A stretch of 64,000 bases of DNA, taken from positions 1,237-65,236 of the forward strand of contig CABXRR010000002.1 of the NCBI GenBank assembly GCA_902514695.1, read 5' to 3'. The notes under the pieces are model-generated. The model made no database searches. It saw nothing but the letters and a program-made list of their open reading frames with translations, and was not told where the DNA came from. Within the stretch, counting starts at the first letter, position 1, and each line of letters opens with the position of its first letter. This DNA is from an uncultured Pelagibacteraceae bacterium (lineage in GTDB: Bacteria; Pseudomonadota; Alphaproteobacteria; Pelagibacterales; Pelagibacteraceae). The position numbers and the translations under genes are program-made. Below, piece after piece: positions 17,859 to 27,014 of the stretch.

Positions 17859-19504
17859 TTATTATTAAACCTTGTTTTTTTAATATGAACTTTAACATCC
17901 AAATTTTGCGAATACTCAAAAAAATCTTTGTTTGAATTAAGATGGTTATCAAAAAATTTTCTTATTAAATCTGGAACGATGATGTTTGTTGATTTTTTAT
18001 TGACAGAATAGCCTAATTTATCATTTAAATTTTTAACTAAAAAAAAAGAATTACCAATATATTCTTTATCATTTTTACTTTTTGGCTTTTCTCTCCACCA
18101 ATGATCAGATGTAATAATTAACAAAATATCTTCTTGATTGTTTTTTTTAATTTCTTTAATTAATTCTCTCATAAAAAAATCGACATAAAGATATCTTAAA
18201 AAATAATTTTGTTTCACATCTTTATCTATTTTAAAAGTATCAAATAAAAACTTGTTTTCACGGTGAAGGTGTGGAATATAAAAATGAAGAAACAATAGGT
18301 TAGTATCTATGAAAGTTTTATTTAAATTTTGAATATTAGTTAACAAAAATTGATCAGCAAAAAATTTTGAGTTATCAAATTTTAATTTTTCAAGTTTATT
18401 AAAATTTAAATCTTTAAAGTCAATTTGTTCTTTATTGTTTTGATTTTTATTTTCATTAAAGGTTTGCTTGAAGCCTAAAATTTTAAGATAAGATTCATAT
18501 TTGAAAATTAGACTTAAATAAAAATTTAATGCGTCATCAAAGATATTTATTTCCTTATTTTCTGAAATATTATCTTTACAAATATTCCATTTGTTGGATC
18601 TAAGATATGATGTACAATATTCTAAAACTGAGGAAATAAGCGAAACGTTTAATCCTTTCTTTTTTAAACTTTCAAAAATTGTATTTTCAAATTTAAAGGG
18701 TATTTTTTTACCGTTTAAATCAGTAAAAATTTTAACTCTATTTTTTGCCTCCTCACTTAAAATATTAATACCCATTAATTGAGCTGGAACTGAATCATTC
18801 GTAAATTTTCCAGGTGAATATGCATCTTTGAAATATACACTTTCATCTTTAAGATTATTCAAATTTTTAAAAACTTTTTGATTATTTATTTCTTTAGATA
18901 AATACTCAGGATCTAAAGCATCAAAAAGTATCCATAAAACTTTTTTTTCAACTTTTTTGTTTGTATCTATTTTAACTATTTCATTATCAATTTTAGTTTC
19001 TTTTTTATGAATATTAAATAAATCTATAATAATAATAACTGAGATAATTATTCCCAATATAGAGAAAAATTTTTTGATATTTTCCAATTTTTTAAGAAAA
19101 ACTAATAAAATAAAGGTCACTATCAGATAAGGTGTTAAATAAGATATGATTTTAATAGAAACTGGTTTGTGAAATGGATCCCATTCAATAAAATGATTAA
19201 AAGATTTTTCTATAAATGAATGGAGAGTAATTATATCAGAAGCATTAAAAAAAAGCTTAAGGGTAAAAATACTAACATAAGTAAGATATAAAAATAAAAA
19301 AAAATTTTTAAATTTAAGACTATAAAAATTGAAAAAAATTAAATTAAAAAAAAACAAAATTAAAAATATTTTGATTAATTCTTCAATTATGATTTTAAAA
19401 CTTGGAAGACTTAAGTAAGTAAATTCATAGAAATAAAATGACGCTAATAATAAAAGTGAAATTCCAAAAGCTTCAATCTTTTGATTTATTTTCAGTTTTT
19501 TCAT
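17855..19504 (-). CDS. Membrane-anchored alkaline-phosphatase/sulfatase-superfamily enzyme (LtaS/EptA-like architecture)
   Basis: About five N-terminal TM helices, then VLWILFDAL, SPGKFTNDSVP (Thr at the nucleophile position), LHFYIPH, IITSDH. Confidence 0.7.
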   Translation of the reverse strand: MKKLKINQKIEAFGISLLLLASFYFYEFTYLSLPSFKIIIEELIKIFLILFFFNLIFFNFYSLKFKNFFLFLYLTYVSIFTLKLFFNASDIITLHSFIEKSFNHFIEWDPFHKPVSIKIISYLTPYLIVTFILLVFLKKLENIKKFFSILGIIISVIIIIDLFNIHKKETKIDNEIVKIDTNKKVEKKVLWILFDALDPEYLSKEINNQKVFKNLNNLKDESVYFKDAYSPGKFTNDSVPAQLMGINILSEEAKNRVKIFTDLNGKKIPFKFENTIFESLKKKGLNVSLISSVLEYCTSYLRSNKWNICKDNISENKEINIFDDALNFYLSLIFKYESYLKILGFKQTFNENKNQNNKEQIDFKDLNFNKLEKLKFDNSKFFADQFLLTNIQNLNKTFIDTNLLFLHFYIPHLHRENKFLFDTFKIDKDVKQNYFLRYLYVDFFMRELIKEIKKNNQEDILLIITSDHWWREKPKSKNDKEYIGNSFFLVKNLNDKLGYSVNKKSTNIIVPDLIRKFFDNHLNSNKDFFEYSQNLDVKVHIKKTRFNNK

Positions 19505-19712
19505 TTTGGTTTTTTTCTAAATCTTTATCTTTTTTTTTATTAAAAAAACTTTTTATAAACTGAATTGGATTAGTTATAAAAAAATAACATGAAGCTATAA
19601 AAGCTATAAATAGTTGAATTAAATATGATCCACTTCCAGGATCAAAATATGAAAAAGCCTGAGTAGGGAATAGTATTAAGATTAAATATATGAATAAGTA
19701 TTTAAAAAACAT
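19473..19712 (-). CDS. Small membrane protein with YxDPGxGS motif
   Basis: Signal-like N-terminus ending AFS, YFDPGSGS, a hydrophobic helix, and a basic tail; overlaps the next gene. Confidence 0.7.
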   Translation of the reverse strand: MFFKYLFIYLILILFPTQAFSYFDPGSGSYLIQLFIAFIASCYFFITNPIQFIKSFFNKKKDKDLEKNQNEKTENKSKD

Positions 19713-19766
19713 AATAGATCTTTGTTAATTAAAGTATTTGATTTTTAAGATTTTTAATAGCTTTTA

Positions 19767-21053
19767 TTAATTAGAAAAGCCATATTTTCTTAGTCTCACA
19801 TCTCCTGTTCTTGCATGAGCCTCCATTCCTTCATATCTAGATATTCTAGCACAAGCTGCCCCAACTGATTTAGTAGACTCCTTTGTCATTCTCTGAAAAC
19901 TTAAAGTCTTTATAAATTTACCAACAAACAATCCACCTGTATAACGGCCAGCACCTTTAGTAGGTAATATGTGATTTGTACCTGAGCATTTATCACCATA
20001 AGCAACTGTTGTTTCTTCACCTATAAATAAAGAACCATAATTTTTTAATCTTTTGTGGAACCATTCAAGGTTTTGAGTTTGTACTTCTAAATGTTCTGGT
20101 GCATATTCATCACTAATTGAAGCCATTTCCTCATCAGTGTCACAAAGAATAACTTCACCATAATCTCTCCAAGCAGCTTCAGCACTAGTTCTGGGTAATT
20201 CAGGTAGTTCAGCAATCAGTTCAGGAACTCTTTTCATTACTTCCTCTGCAACTCTTTTACTTGTTGTGTATAACCAAGCAGGAGAATTGTAACCATGCTC
20301 TGCTTGTCCAACCAAATCTACAGCAACCATTTCAGCATCAGCTTTATCATCTGCAATAACTGCAATTTCTGTTGGTCCTGCAAATAGATCAATTCCAACT
20401 TTTCCAAACAATATTCTTTTAGCTTCAGCTACAAACTGATTACCAGGTCCCACAAGAATATCTGCAGGAGGATTTTTAAATAAACCATTTGTCATTGCAG
20501 CAATTCCTGGAACACCACCTAGATTTAATATCACATCTGCACCACATAAATCTGCAGTATAAATAATTGCAGGATGAGCACCCACACCTTCTTTAGGAGG
20601 ACTACATGCAATTATATTTTTAACTCCAGCAACTTTAGCTGTTGTTACGCTCATCACAGCAGAAGCTATATGAGCATATCTTCCACCTGGTATATAACAT
20701 CCAGCTGTATTAACAGGTATTAATTTTTGACCAGCATATAATCCAGGAGATAATTCAACTTCGAAATCTTGACCATAATTTTTTAATTGTGCTTCTGCAA
20801 ATTTTCTTACTCTTTCATAAGAAAATTGAATATCATCTTTTGTTTTTTGATCTAATTCTTTTTTAATTTTTTCTATTCTTTCTTTGGAAACAATTATCTC
20901 GCCATCATATTTATCAAATTTTTTTGTAAGACTTATGCAAGCATCTTCTTTTGAAGTTTCTATTTCTTTTAATAAGTTCTTAACAATTTCAGTGGTTTTC
21001 GTATCGTCAGTTGATGATGTTTTTGGTGATTTTTTTAAATATTTAATTGCCAT
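19767..21053 (-). CDS. hpsN: Sulfopropanediol (DHPS) 3-dehydrogenase, HisD-like
   Basis: HisD fold with the HpsN-type motifs YIPGGRYAHIASA, DLFAGPTE, GQAEHGYNS, YGDKCSGTNHILPT, EGMEAHA; sulfonate gene context. Confidence 0.85.
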   Translation of the reverse strand: MAIKYLKKSPKTSSTDDTKTTEIVKNLLKEIETSKEDACISLTKKFDKYDGEIIVSKERIEKIKKELDQKTKDDIQFSYERVRKFAEAQLKNYGQDFEVELSPGLYAGQKLIPVNTAGCYIPGGRYAHIASAVMSVTTAKVAGVKNIIACSPPKEGVGAHPAIIYTADLCGADVILNLGGVPGIAAMTNGLFKNPPADILVGPGNQFVAEAKRILFGKVGIDLFAGPTEIAVIADDKADAEMVAVDLVGQAEHGYNSPAWLYTTSKRVAEEVMKRVPELIAELPELPRTSAEAAWRDYGEVILCDTDEEMASISDEYAPEHLEVQTQNLEWFHKRLKNYGSLFIGEETTVAYGDKCSGTNHILPTKGAGRYTGGLFVGKFIKTLSFQRMTKESTKSVGAACARISRYEGMEAHARTGDVRLRKYGFSN

Positions 21054-21148
21054 TAAATGTTTTCCTTTAATTGTTTGTTGAAGTGTTTAAAGTATAAGTT
21101 CTTTTTTTTCAATGAAGAATTGAATATAATTTAAGTTATTAACAAGAA

Positions 21149-22060
21149 TCAGTCTAAAGCAACTACTGCAGCAGCAATAGAAGCTAATCTTGCTTGTGCT
21201 TCATCAGATCTGCTTGTTATGACCACAGGAACTTTTCCACCAACAACTACACCAGCTGCACACGCACCTGAAAAATAAATTAACATTTTAACCAAACCAT
21301 TACCTGTTTCTACACTTGGAACTAACAAGACATCTGCTATTCCAGCAACATCATTTTTGATACCTTTAATAGCTGCAGATTTTTTTGAAATACAATTGTC
21401 AAATGCTAGAGGACCAAATACGTCAGCATTTAAACTTTCTTTTTTAGCAAGTTTTGTAATTTCTTCAGCTTCTTTCGAACTTGGAACACTTTCAAGCACC
21501 TCCTCAGTTGCAGACAGTATGGCTATTTTTGGTCTATCAATACCAATTCTATTTGAAAAATTAATAACATTTTTAAGAATATGCATTTTTGTTTTTACGT
21601 TGGGCAGAACATTTAATGCGCCATCAGTTATGATTAAAGGCTTATCTTCTTTATCAACAGTCATGTGCCAAATATGACTTAATCGAGTTTTTCCTAATAA
21701 GTCATATTCTCTTTTTAAAACTTCTTTCATTAAAACATCTGTATGAATATGACCTTTTACAATAATTCGTATTTTTTTTTCACTAGCCAATTTAGCGGCG
21801 ATAGCTGCTGTATTATTTTCTATTGGTTCATGAATGATTTCATATTTTGAAATATCCCACTTTAAATCTTCAGCACATTTTAATATTTCTTTTTTATCTC
21901 CAATAAAAATAGGCTCTATCAAATTTTCGTTTACTGCATCTTGAACTGATAGCATTGGCAGTGGTTTACCAGCATTAACTATACCAGCTTTAACACCTTT
22001 TTTTTTATGAGCTACATTTAAAAGATTTACTGGACAAACGATTTCCTTATTTGAAAGCAT
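21149..22060 (-). CDS. pta: Phosphate acetyl/butyryl transferase
   Basis: KGHIHT, TDGALN, GPLAFDN, ETGN..VK, PVVITSRSD. Confidence 0.8.
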   Translation of the reverse strand: MLSNKEIVCPVNLLNVAHKKKGVKAGIVNAGKPLPMLSVQDAVNENLIEPIFIGDKKEILKCAEDLKWDISKYEIIHEPIENNTAAIAAKLASEKKIRIIVKGHIHTDVLMKEVLKREYDLLGKTRLSHIWHMTVDKEDKPLIITDGALNVLPNVKTKMHILKNVINFSNRIGIDRPKIAILSATEEVLESVPSSKEAEEITKLAKKESLNADVFGPLAFDNCISKKSAAIKGIKNDVAGIADVLLVPSVETGNGLVKMLIYFSGACAAGVVVGGKVPVVITSRSDEAQARLASIAAAVVALD

Positions 22061-22065
22061 AAGTT

Positions 22066-23085
22066 TTAATTTTTAAGAATTTCTAAATCTTCTTTAATGA
22101 TACTGGTTATATTTATTTCTTTTTTTGAATTCATTTTGAATCTTTTATACTTATTTTGACCAGGATACATTATTTCTTTTATTCCTTTTATCTTTGGCAA
22201 CTTTTTAATTGTTTTAATATTATTTTTAATCCTTTTGTTAAAATTATTCACAAATAAATTTGTTTTAAATGTGATGAACAGATGGCCAATGTTTTGTGGT
22301 CCTGAAAAATCATCAAAAGGATCTTTTACTTTTCCAGCATGATTACCACCAGTTAATACTCCACTTAAGATGTCCACCATCCAAGCTAAACCTGAACCTC
22401 TAAAACTTGCTATTGGTAATTGTACACCCTCAAGAGCTTTTTTTGCATTTGTAGTCGGCTTTCCAAATTTATCTAATGCAACACCTTCAGGAATTTTTTG
22501 ATTATTTCTTGCAGCTACCCTTATCTTTCCTCTGTTAATCATAGAAATAGATGTATCTAAAATAAATGGAATTTTTGATCCTGTTGGTGTTCCAAAACAT
22601 ATTGGGTTAGTACCAAATAAACTTTTTAATGCTCCATGAGGAGCTATAGCAGGAGGAGCGTTTGTATAAATCATTGTTATCAAATTTTTTTTAATTGCTT
22701 GTTCAGCGTAATAACCTGAAAGGCCATAGTGACCACTATTTTTAACAGCAACCATTCCAATGCCTGTTTTTTTTGCATTTTTTATAGCCGTTTTAATTGC
22801 AATATCAGCCGCAACAAATCCTATACTATTATTTGCGTCGACATGAGAAATAGATTGTGAAATTTTTTTAATTTTTATTTTAGGTTTTGGATTGATAACT
22901 TTTTTTTTAATTCGATCACAATACATTTTTAATCGTGACAAACCATGACCATATGCCCCAACTAATTCAGCATTAATTAAAGCATTTGTAGAGATTGAAG
23001 CATGATTATTACTTAAACCAAATTTTTTAAAAATATTAATAATTTCTCTTTTAAGAATATTTGTTTTCAATTTAACCTTTTCCAC
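22066..23085 (-). CDS. comC: Ldh_2-family dehydrogenase, probable sulfolactate dehydrogenase
   Basis: GHGLSRL, DANNSIG, NSGHYG, GTNPI, GSGLAWMVDIL; operon with hpsN and tau genes. Substrate inferred from context. Confidence 0.7.
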   Translation of the reverse strand: MEKVKLKTNILKREIINIFKKFGLSNNHASISTNALINAELVGAYGHGLSRLKMYCDRIKKKVINPKPKIKIKKISQSISHVDANNSIGFVAADIAIKTAIKNAKKTGIGMVAVKNSGHYGLSGYYAEQAIKKNLITMIYTNAPPAIAPHGALKSLFGTNPICFGTPTGSKIPFILDTSISMINRGKIRVAARNNQKIPEGVALDKFGKPTTNAKKALEGVQLPIASFRGSGLAWMVDILSGVLTGGNHAGKVKDPFDDFSGPQNIGHLFITFKTNLFVNNFNKRIKNNIKTIKKLPKIKGIKEIMYPGQNKYKRFKMNSKKEINITSIIKEDLEILKN

Positions 23086-24997
23086 GCCAAGGAATATACT
23101 TATCTATTAATTTTCTCAAGGTAACATCGAACAACAAACCAAGCATTCCCATAATAAAAATTGTGATCCAAATAACCTCATATTGGAAATATTTTTTAGC
23201 GACATTTTCAACAAAGCCGATACCAGTTGTTCCAGCTAAAAATTCAGCAGCAACTAAGGTTCCCCAACACATTCCCACTGCAACTCTTATACCAGTAAGA
23301 ATTTCTGGTAATGAATTAGGAAAAATCACATGTCTAAGTATTTGTTTTTTAGATGCACCTAATGAGTGGGCAGCATGAATTTTTGAAAGTTGTGTACCAG
23401 AAGCACCAGCTCTAGCTGAAATTATCATAATTGAAAGAGAAACCATAAACAACAAAAAAACTTTTCCAGTATTATCTATACCTAATACTGAAATAATTAA
23501 TGGCGCCCAAGCTAAAGGTGGGACGGGTCTATAAAGTTCAATTAAAGGATCAAAAAACCCTTTAGCAAACCTATTTAATCCCATGAATAATCCCAATGGA
23601 ACACCTATAATAATTCCAAAAACTAATCCTAAAAAAACTCTCATGAAGGAGTCCCAAATATGCCCGTAAGGAACAGGTACCTTCAATAATTTAAAGTCAC
23701 CAGTTACAATTTTAAGAACTGCACCTTTGAAGTTTTGTTTTACTAATCCATCTTTTGTATGTACAGGGTATTCTCCTGGCAAAATATCTGCAATCCAATC
23801 AGGTAAAATAAAACCAACTACGTTACTTATATCGACCATTTTTATCCAAAGAAGAGGAATATCTTTATAACCAACACTTGGTTTTGACATTAAGATAAAT
23901 TTATTTAAAGTATCTGATGGTTTTGGAAGCCACCTACCAGAGCCTTGTTCCGAACAACTTGGTCCGCTAGCAACAATTGTTCCTGCCGGAAATAAAAAAA
24001 TGTCAATTAATCTTAAACCTCCTTGGGCCTCTAATTGAGCATTATCAAATTTAACTATTGCGTTTTGCATTTTATCTAATGCATTTGGTGGATAAATACT
24101 TGCAAACTCTATTCTTCTTGCGATTTTGACAATATTTTTGGCATATGTAGAAGCCAATTCTTCAGTGTCATCTAAGTCTTTTCTATAAAGTTTAATTTTA
24201 TCTTTAATTTCTTTAATCTTATTTTTAAATTGTGGGTTATGGTTTCGTAATTTAAAAAACTCATCACTTATTAAATTTAATTCCTGAGCTGCAGTATGAA
24301 ATTTTAAACCTCTATTTGTGGCTGGAACCAATGGTACCTCTATTGTATTTTCAATAGTACCACTACCCGCATTTACTTTTGTAATACCCCAACCGCCTTC
24401 TTCACCTACAGCTTTAAGTCTTTCATTTAGCTCCTGTTCTGTTTCGAATGGATAATCAGGTTTTTGAAAATTTTCAGTAAGAAGGTTAATTTTACCAGTA
24501 ATATCATCTATTTTTTGTTTAGTTTCATTTTCTAATAAATCTTCGTTAGTTAACAACGGAATTAATTGATTAGTTTTATTTACAAAACTTATAAGAATCT
24601 TTTTTTGTTGATTATTGAGTTCTTGAGAATTTTGTATTTCAATTGAGATTTTATTTAGGTTTTTATTTTCTTGTTTAATTTGTGAAGTACTTTTTAATTC
24701 TCTCTCTTCTATAGGAAACTGATATTTAAGACCTAATAATGAGTCATTTACTTTTCCAACTTGACAAAGCTCATTGGCAGATTTTGGATAAAAACCCTTT
24801 GCTATGTCCCATGAATAATAAAGCCAAATTAAAAGAAGAAAGCTAGTTCCAACAATTACCCAGTGTGTTCCGCCTAACGCTCTTTCAGGATTTCCAAAAA
24901 CTGCATCAACTTTTTCAGTTCTAATTAAACGTCTTCCATAAAGAATACAGCCAATTACCGCAAAAAAAATTAAAAAGGTTACTATTTGAGTAAGCAT
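23072..24997 (-). CDS. tauC: Taurine/sulfonate ABC permease with a large N-terminal extension
   Basis: C-terminal ~200 aa TauC/SsuC domain (RPVPPLAW, AAHSLGAS, LVAAE); ~440-aa extra N-terminal region. Confidence 0.8.
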   Translation of the reverse strand: MLTQIVTFLIFFAVIGCILYGRRLIRTEKVDAVFGNPERALGGTHWVIVGTSFLLLIWLYYSWDIAKGFYPKSANELCQVGKVNDSLLGLKYQFPIEERELKSTSQIKQENKNLNKISIEIQNSQELNNQQKKILISFVNKTNQLIPLLTNEDLLENETKQKIDDITGKINLLTENFQKPDYPFETEQELNERLKAVGEEGGWGITKVNAGSGTIENTIEVPLVPATNRGLKFHTAAQELNLISDEFFKLRNHNPQFKNKIKEIKDKIKLYRKDLDDTEELASTYAKNIVKIARRIEFASIYPPNALDKMQNAIVKFDNAQLEAQGGLRLIDIFLFPAGTIVASGPSCSEQGSGRWLPKPSDTLNKFILMSKPSVGYKDIPLLWIKMVDISNVVGFILPDWIADILPGEYPVHTKDGLVKQNFKGAVLKIVTGDFKLLKVPVPYGHIWDSFMRVFLGLVFGIIIGVPLGLFMGLNRFAKGFFDPLIELYRPVPPLAWAPLIISVLGIDNTGKVFLLFMVSLSIMIISARAGASGTQLSKIHAAHSLGASKKQILRHVIFPNSLPEILTGIRVAVGMCWGTLVAAEFLAGTTGIGFVENVAKKYFQYEVIWITIFIMGMLGLLFDVTLRKLIDKYIPWRGKG

Positions 24998-25795
24998 TTA
25001 AATTTCTTTTCCCATTATTTCTTCTTCCATATTCCAAATCATTTCTAATATTTCTTCTCGTTTTGCAGAAAAATCTTTATTTTTTTTAATTTCTCTTAAA
25101 TCTTCTTTAAGACCCATAGAGGCGAATGGAAGATTATATTCTTTATGTATACGGCCTGGTCGAGGAGCCATTACATAAAGTCTTTCACCAAGTAATAAAG
25201 CTTCTTCAACTGAGTGAGTAATTAAAATAATTGTTTTTCCAGTTTCTTTCCAAATTTTTAAAACTAAAGACTGCATCTTTTCTCTTGTTAATGCATCAAG
25301 TGCTCCTAATGGTTCATCCATTAAAATTAAATCTGGATCATTAATAAGACATCTTGCTAAAGCAACTCTCTGTTGCATTCCTCCAGACAATTGATAAGTT
25401 GGAGTATTCCCAAAACCTTTTAGTCCAACAATTTCTAGCCATTCATCAACTTTTTTAGCTGTCATAACTGGATCTTCTTTTTTCATTCTTAATCCGAAGT
25501 TGACATTTTCTGCTACAGTTAACCATTCAAATAAAGCACCCTGTTGAAAAACCATACCTCTTTCAACACCCGGCCCATCAATTTCATTATTATTTAAAGT
25601 AATACTTCCCGAAGTTGGTCTTATAAATCCTGCTGTAATATTTAATAAAGTTGTTTTACCGCAACCTGACGGCCCAAGAACTGTTAACAGCTCTCCTTTT
25701 TTAAGAGTGAAATTCACATCTTTTAATGCGTGAACTGTTTCTCCTTTAGGAGTTTTAAAAATCATGTTTAGATTTTGAGAAATCAAATCACTCAT
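24998..25795 (-). CDS. tauB: Taurine/sulfonate ABC ATP-binding protein
   Basis: GPSGCGKTT, LSGGMQQRV, MDEPLGALDALTRE. Confidence 0.85.
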   Translation of the reverse strand: MSDLISQNLNMIFKTPKGETVHALKDVNFTLKKGELLTVLGPSGCGKTTLLNITAGFIRPTSGSITLNNNEIDGPGVERGMVFQQGALFEWLTVAENVNFGLRMKKEDPVMTAKKVDEWLEIVGLKGFGNTPTYQLSGGMQQRVALARCLINDPDLILMDEPLGALDALTREKMQSLVLKIWKETGKTIILITHSVEEALLLGERLYVMAPRPGRIHKEYNLPFASMGLKEDLREIKKNKDFSAKREEILEMIWNMEEEIMGKEI

Positions 25796-25821
25796 AAATA
25801 ACTTTATATTAAAAATCTTTT

Positions 25822-25860
25822 AAAAAAAATAGGCACCAATTTATTCAATTGGCGCCTATT
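25822..25860 (-). terminator. Terminator/attenuator hairpin between tauA and tauB
   Basis: AATAGGCACCAATT/AATTGGCGCCTATT inverted repeat followed by a T-run on the minus strand. Confidence 0.75.
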
Positions 25861-25883
25861 AAATCTTTCTTTCTCTATAAAAA

Positions 25884-26825
25884 TTATAGAGGTAAGAAAC
25901 TAGTGTCTACGTTTCCTCTTGGTGTTCCCATTCCTTTTAAGAACGCATCAAGATTTCCACTTTCCATAGATTTTTTAGTTTCTTCTGGAGTAAGAAATTT
26001 AAAGCCACTTAAAGTTTCTTTCATGTCTGCAACTTTCATTTCAGAAGCTTTAGCCATTACATTCATATTGCTTTTACCAGCTTTATATCTTGCATTAGCT
26101 TCATGAGTTACTTCTATAAAAGTTCTTAACATCCCAGGATTTTCCTTCATGAACTTAGTAGTTACTGAAGTAATGTCTATTCCTAAGATACCAGCAGCTC
26201 TAGCTTCATCAACTGTAAGTAATCTTGAACCTACTGCAGTTGCAGCTTTAATAGAGTTACCACCAAACAAACATGCCATTACAACATCACCACTTACTAA
26301 AGCAGCAGCCCCTTCTTCCGGGTCCATTTGAATAATATCCATTTTTTTTCTGTCAGCTCCAACAACTTTCATACTTTCATCAAAAACATACTCAGCCATT
26401 GTTCCTAGTGGAACAGCAACTTTTTTACCTTCTAATTCAGTAGCGTTTGCTTTTGTAATTCCAGAAGCATTAGAAGTAACACAAGTTGTTCCTCCCATTC
26501 CGTATTCCATAGCAATATCAACTAATTTAATTGGTGCTTTAGATTTTACCGCATTGATAAAAGGCACTAATCCTTGAGAGTAAGAAATATCAATATCCCC
26601 TGCTAACATTGCATCAGTCATTGCTCCACCATTAGTGAAGTTTGTCCATTTAACTGGTACTCCAAGAGCTTTAGCAAATGCTTTTTTCTGCATATCTTCT
26701 AAATTTGGACTTGGCCATTCTAGAAAGTAAGCAACTCTAACTTCGTTAGCTGCAGAATTTGCAACTGAAATACTTAGGTTAAGAGCTACGAAACATCCTA
26801 AAATAAAACTAATTATTTTTTTCAT
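25884..26825 (-). CDS. tauA: Taurine/sulfonate ABC substrate-binding protein
   Basis: Signal peptide, VAYFLEWPSP, LEGKKVAVPLGT (NMT1/SsuA family); upstream of tauBC. Confidence 0.8.
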   Translation of the reverse strand: MKKIISFILGCFVALNLSISVANSAANEVRVAYFLEWPSPNLEDMQKKAFAKALGVPVKWTNFTNGGAMTDAMLAGDIDISYSQGLVPFINAVKSKAPIKLVDIAMEYGMGGTTCVTSNASGITKANATELEGKKVAVPLGTMAEYVFDESMKVVGADRKKMDIIQMDPEEGAAALVSGDVVMACLFGGNSIKAATAVGSRLLTVDEARAAGILGIDITSVTTKFMKENPGMLRTFIEVTHEANARYKAGKSNMNVMAKASEMKVADMKETLSGFKFLTPEETKKSMESGNLDAFLKGMGTPRGNVDTSFLPL

Positions 26826-27014
26826 TTAATCCTCTTTGTTGATTTATAATACCAATAGTTAAAATTAAATTTACCAAGATGTAAAACAAAAAAGTGCTTA
26901 TTTTGATACAACTTCGAGTTGCGTCAATTATTTTGGTGGTTAATTATAACTATTTAGTCTAAATAAACTTTTAGTGAAGGTTATTTAAAATTTAATTTAT
27001 AAAAGAAAGAATCT

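Noticed and set aside
19767-21053. Call as histidinol dehydrogenase hisD
   Set aside because: Motif variants (YAHIASA, DLFAGPTE, YGDKCSG) and sulfonate context favour HpsN; no his genes nearby.
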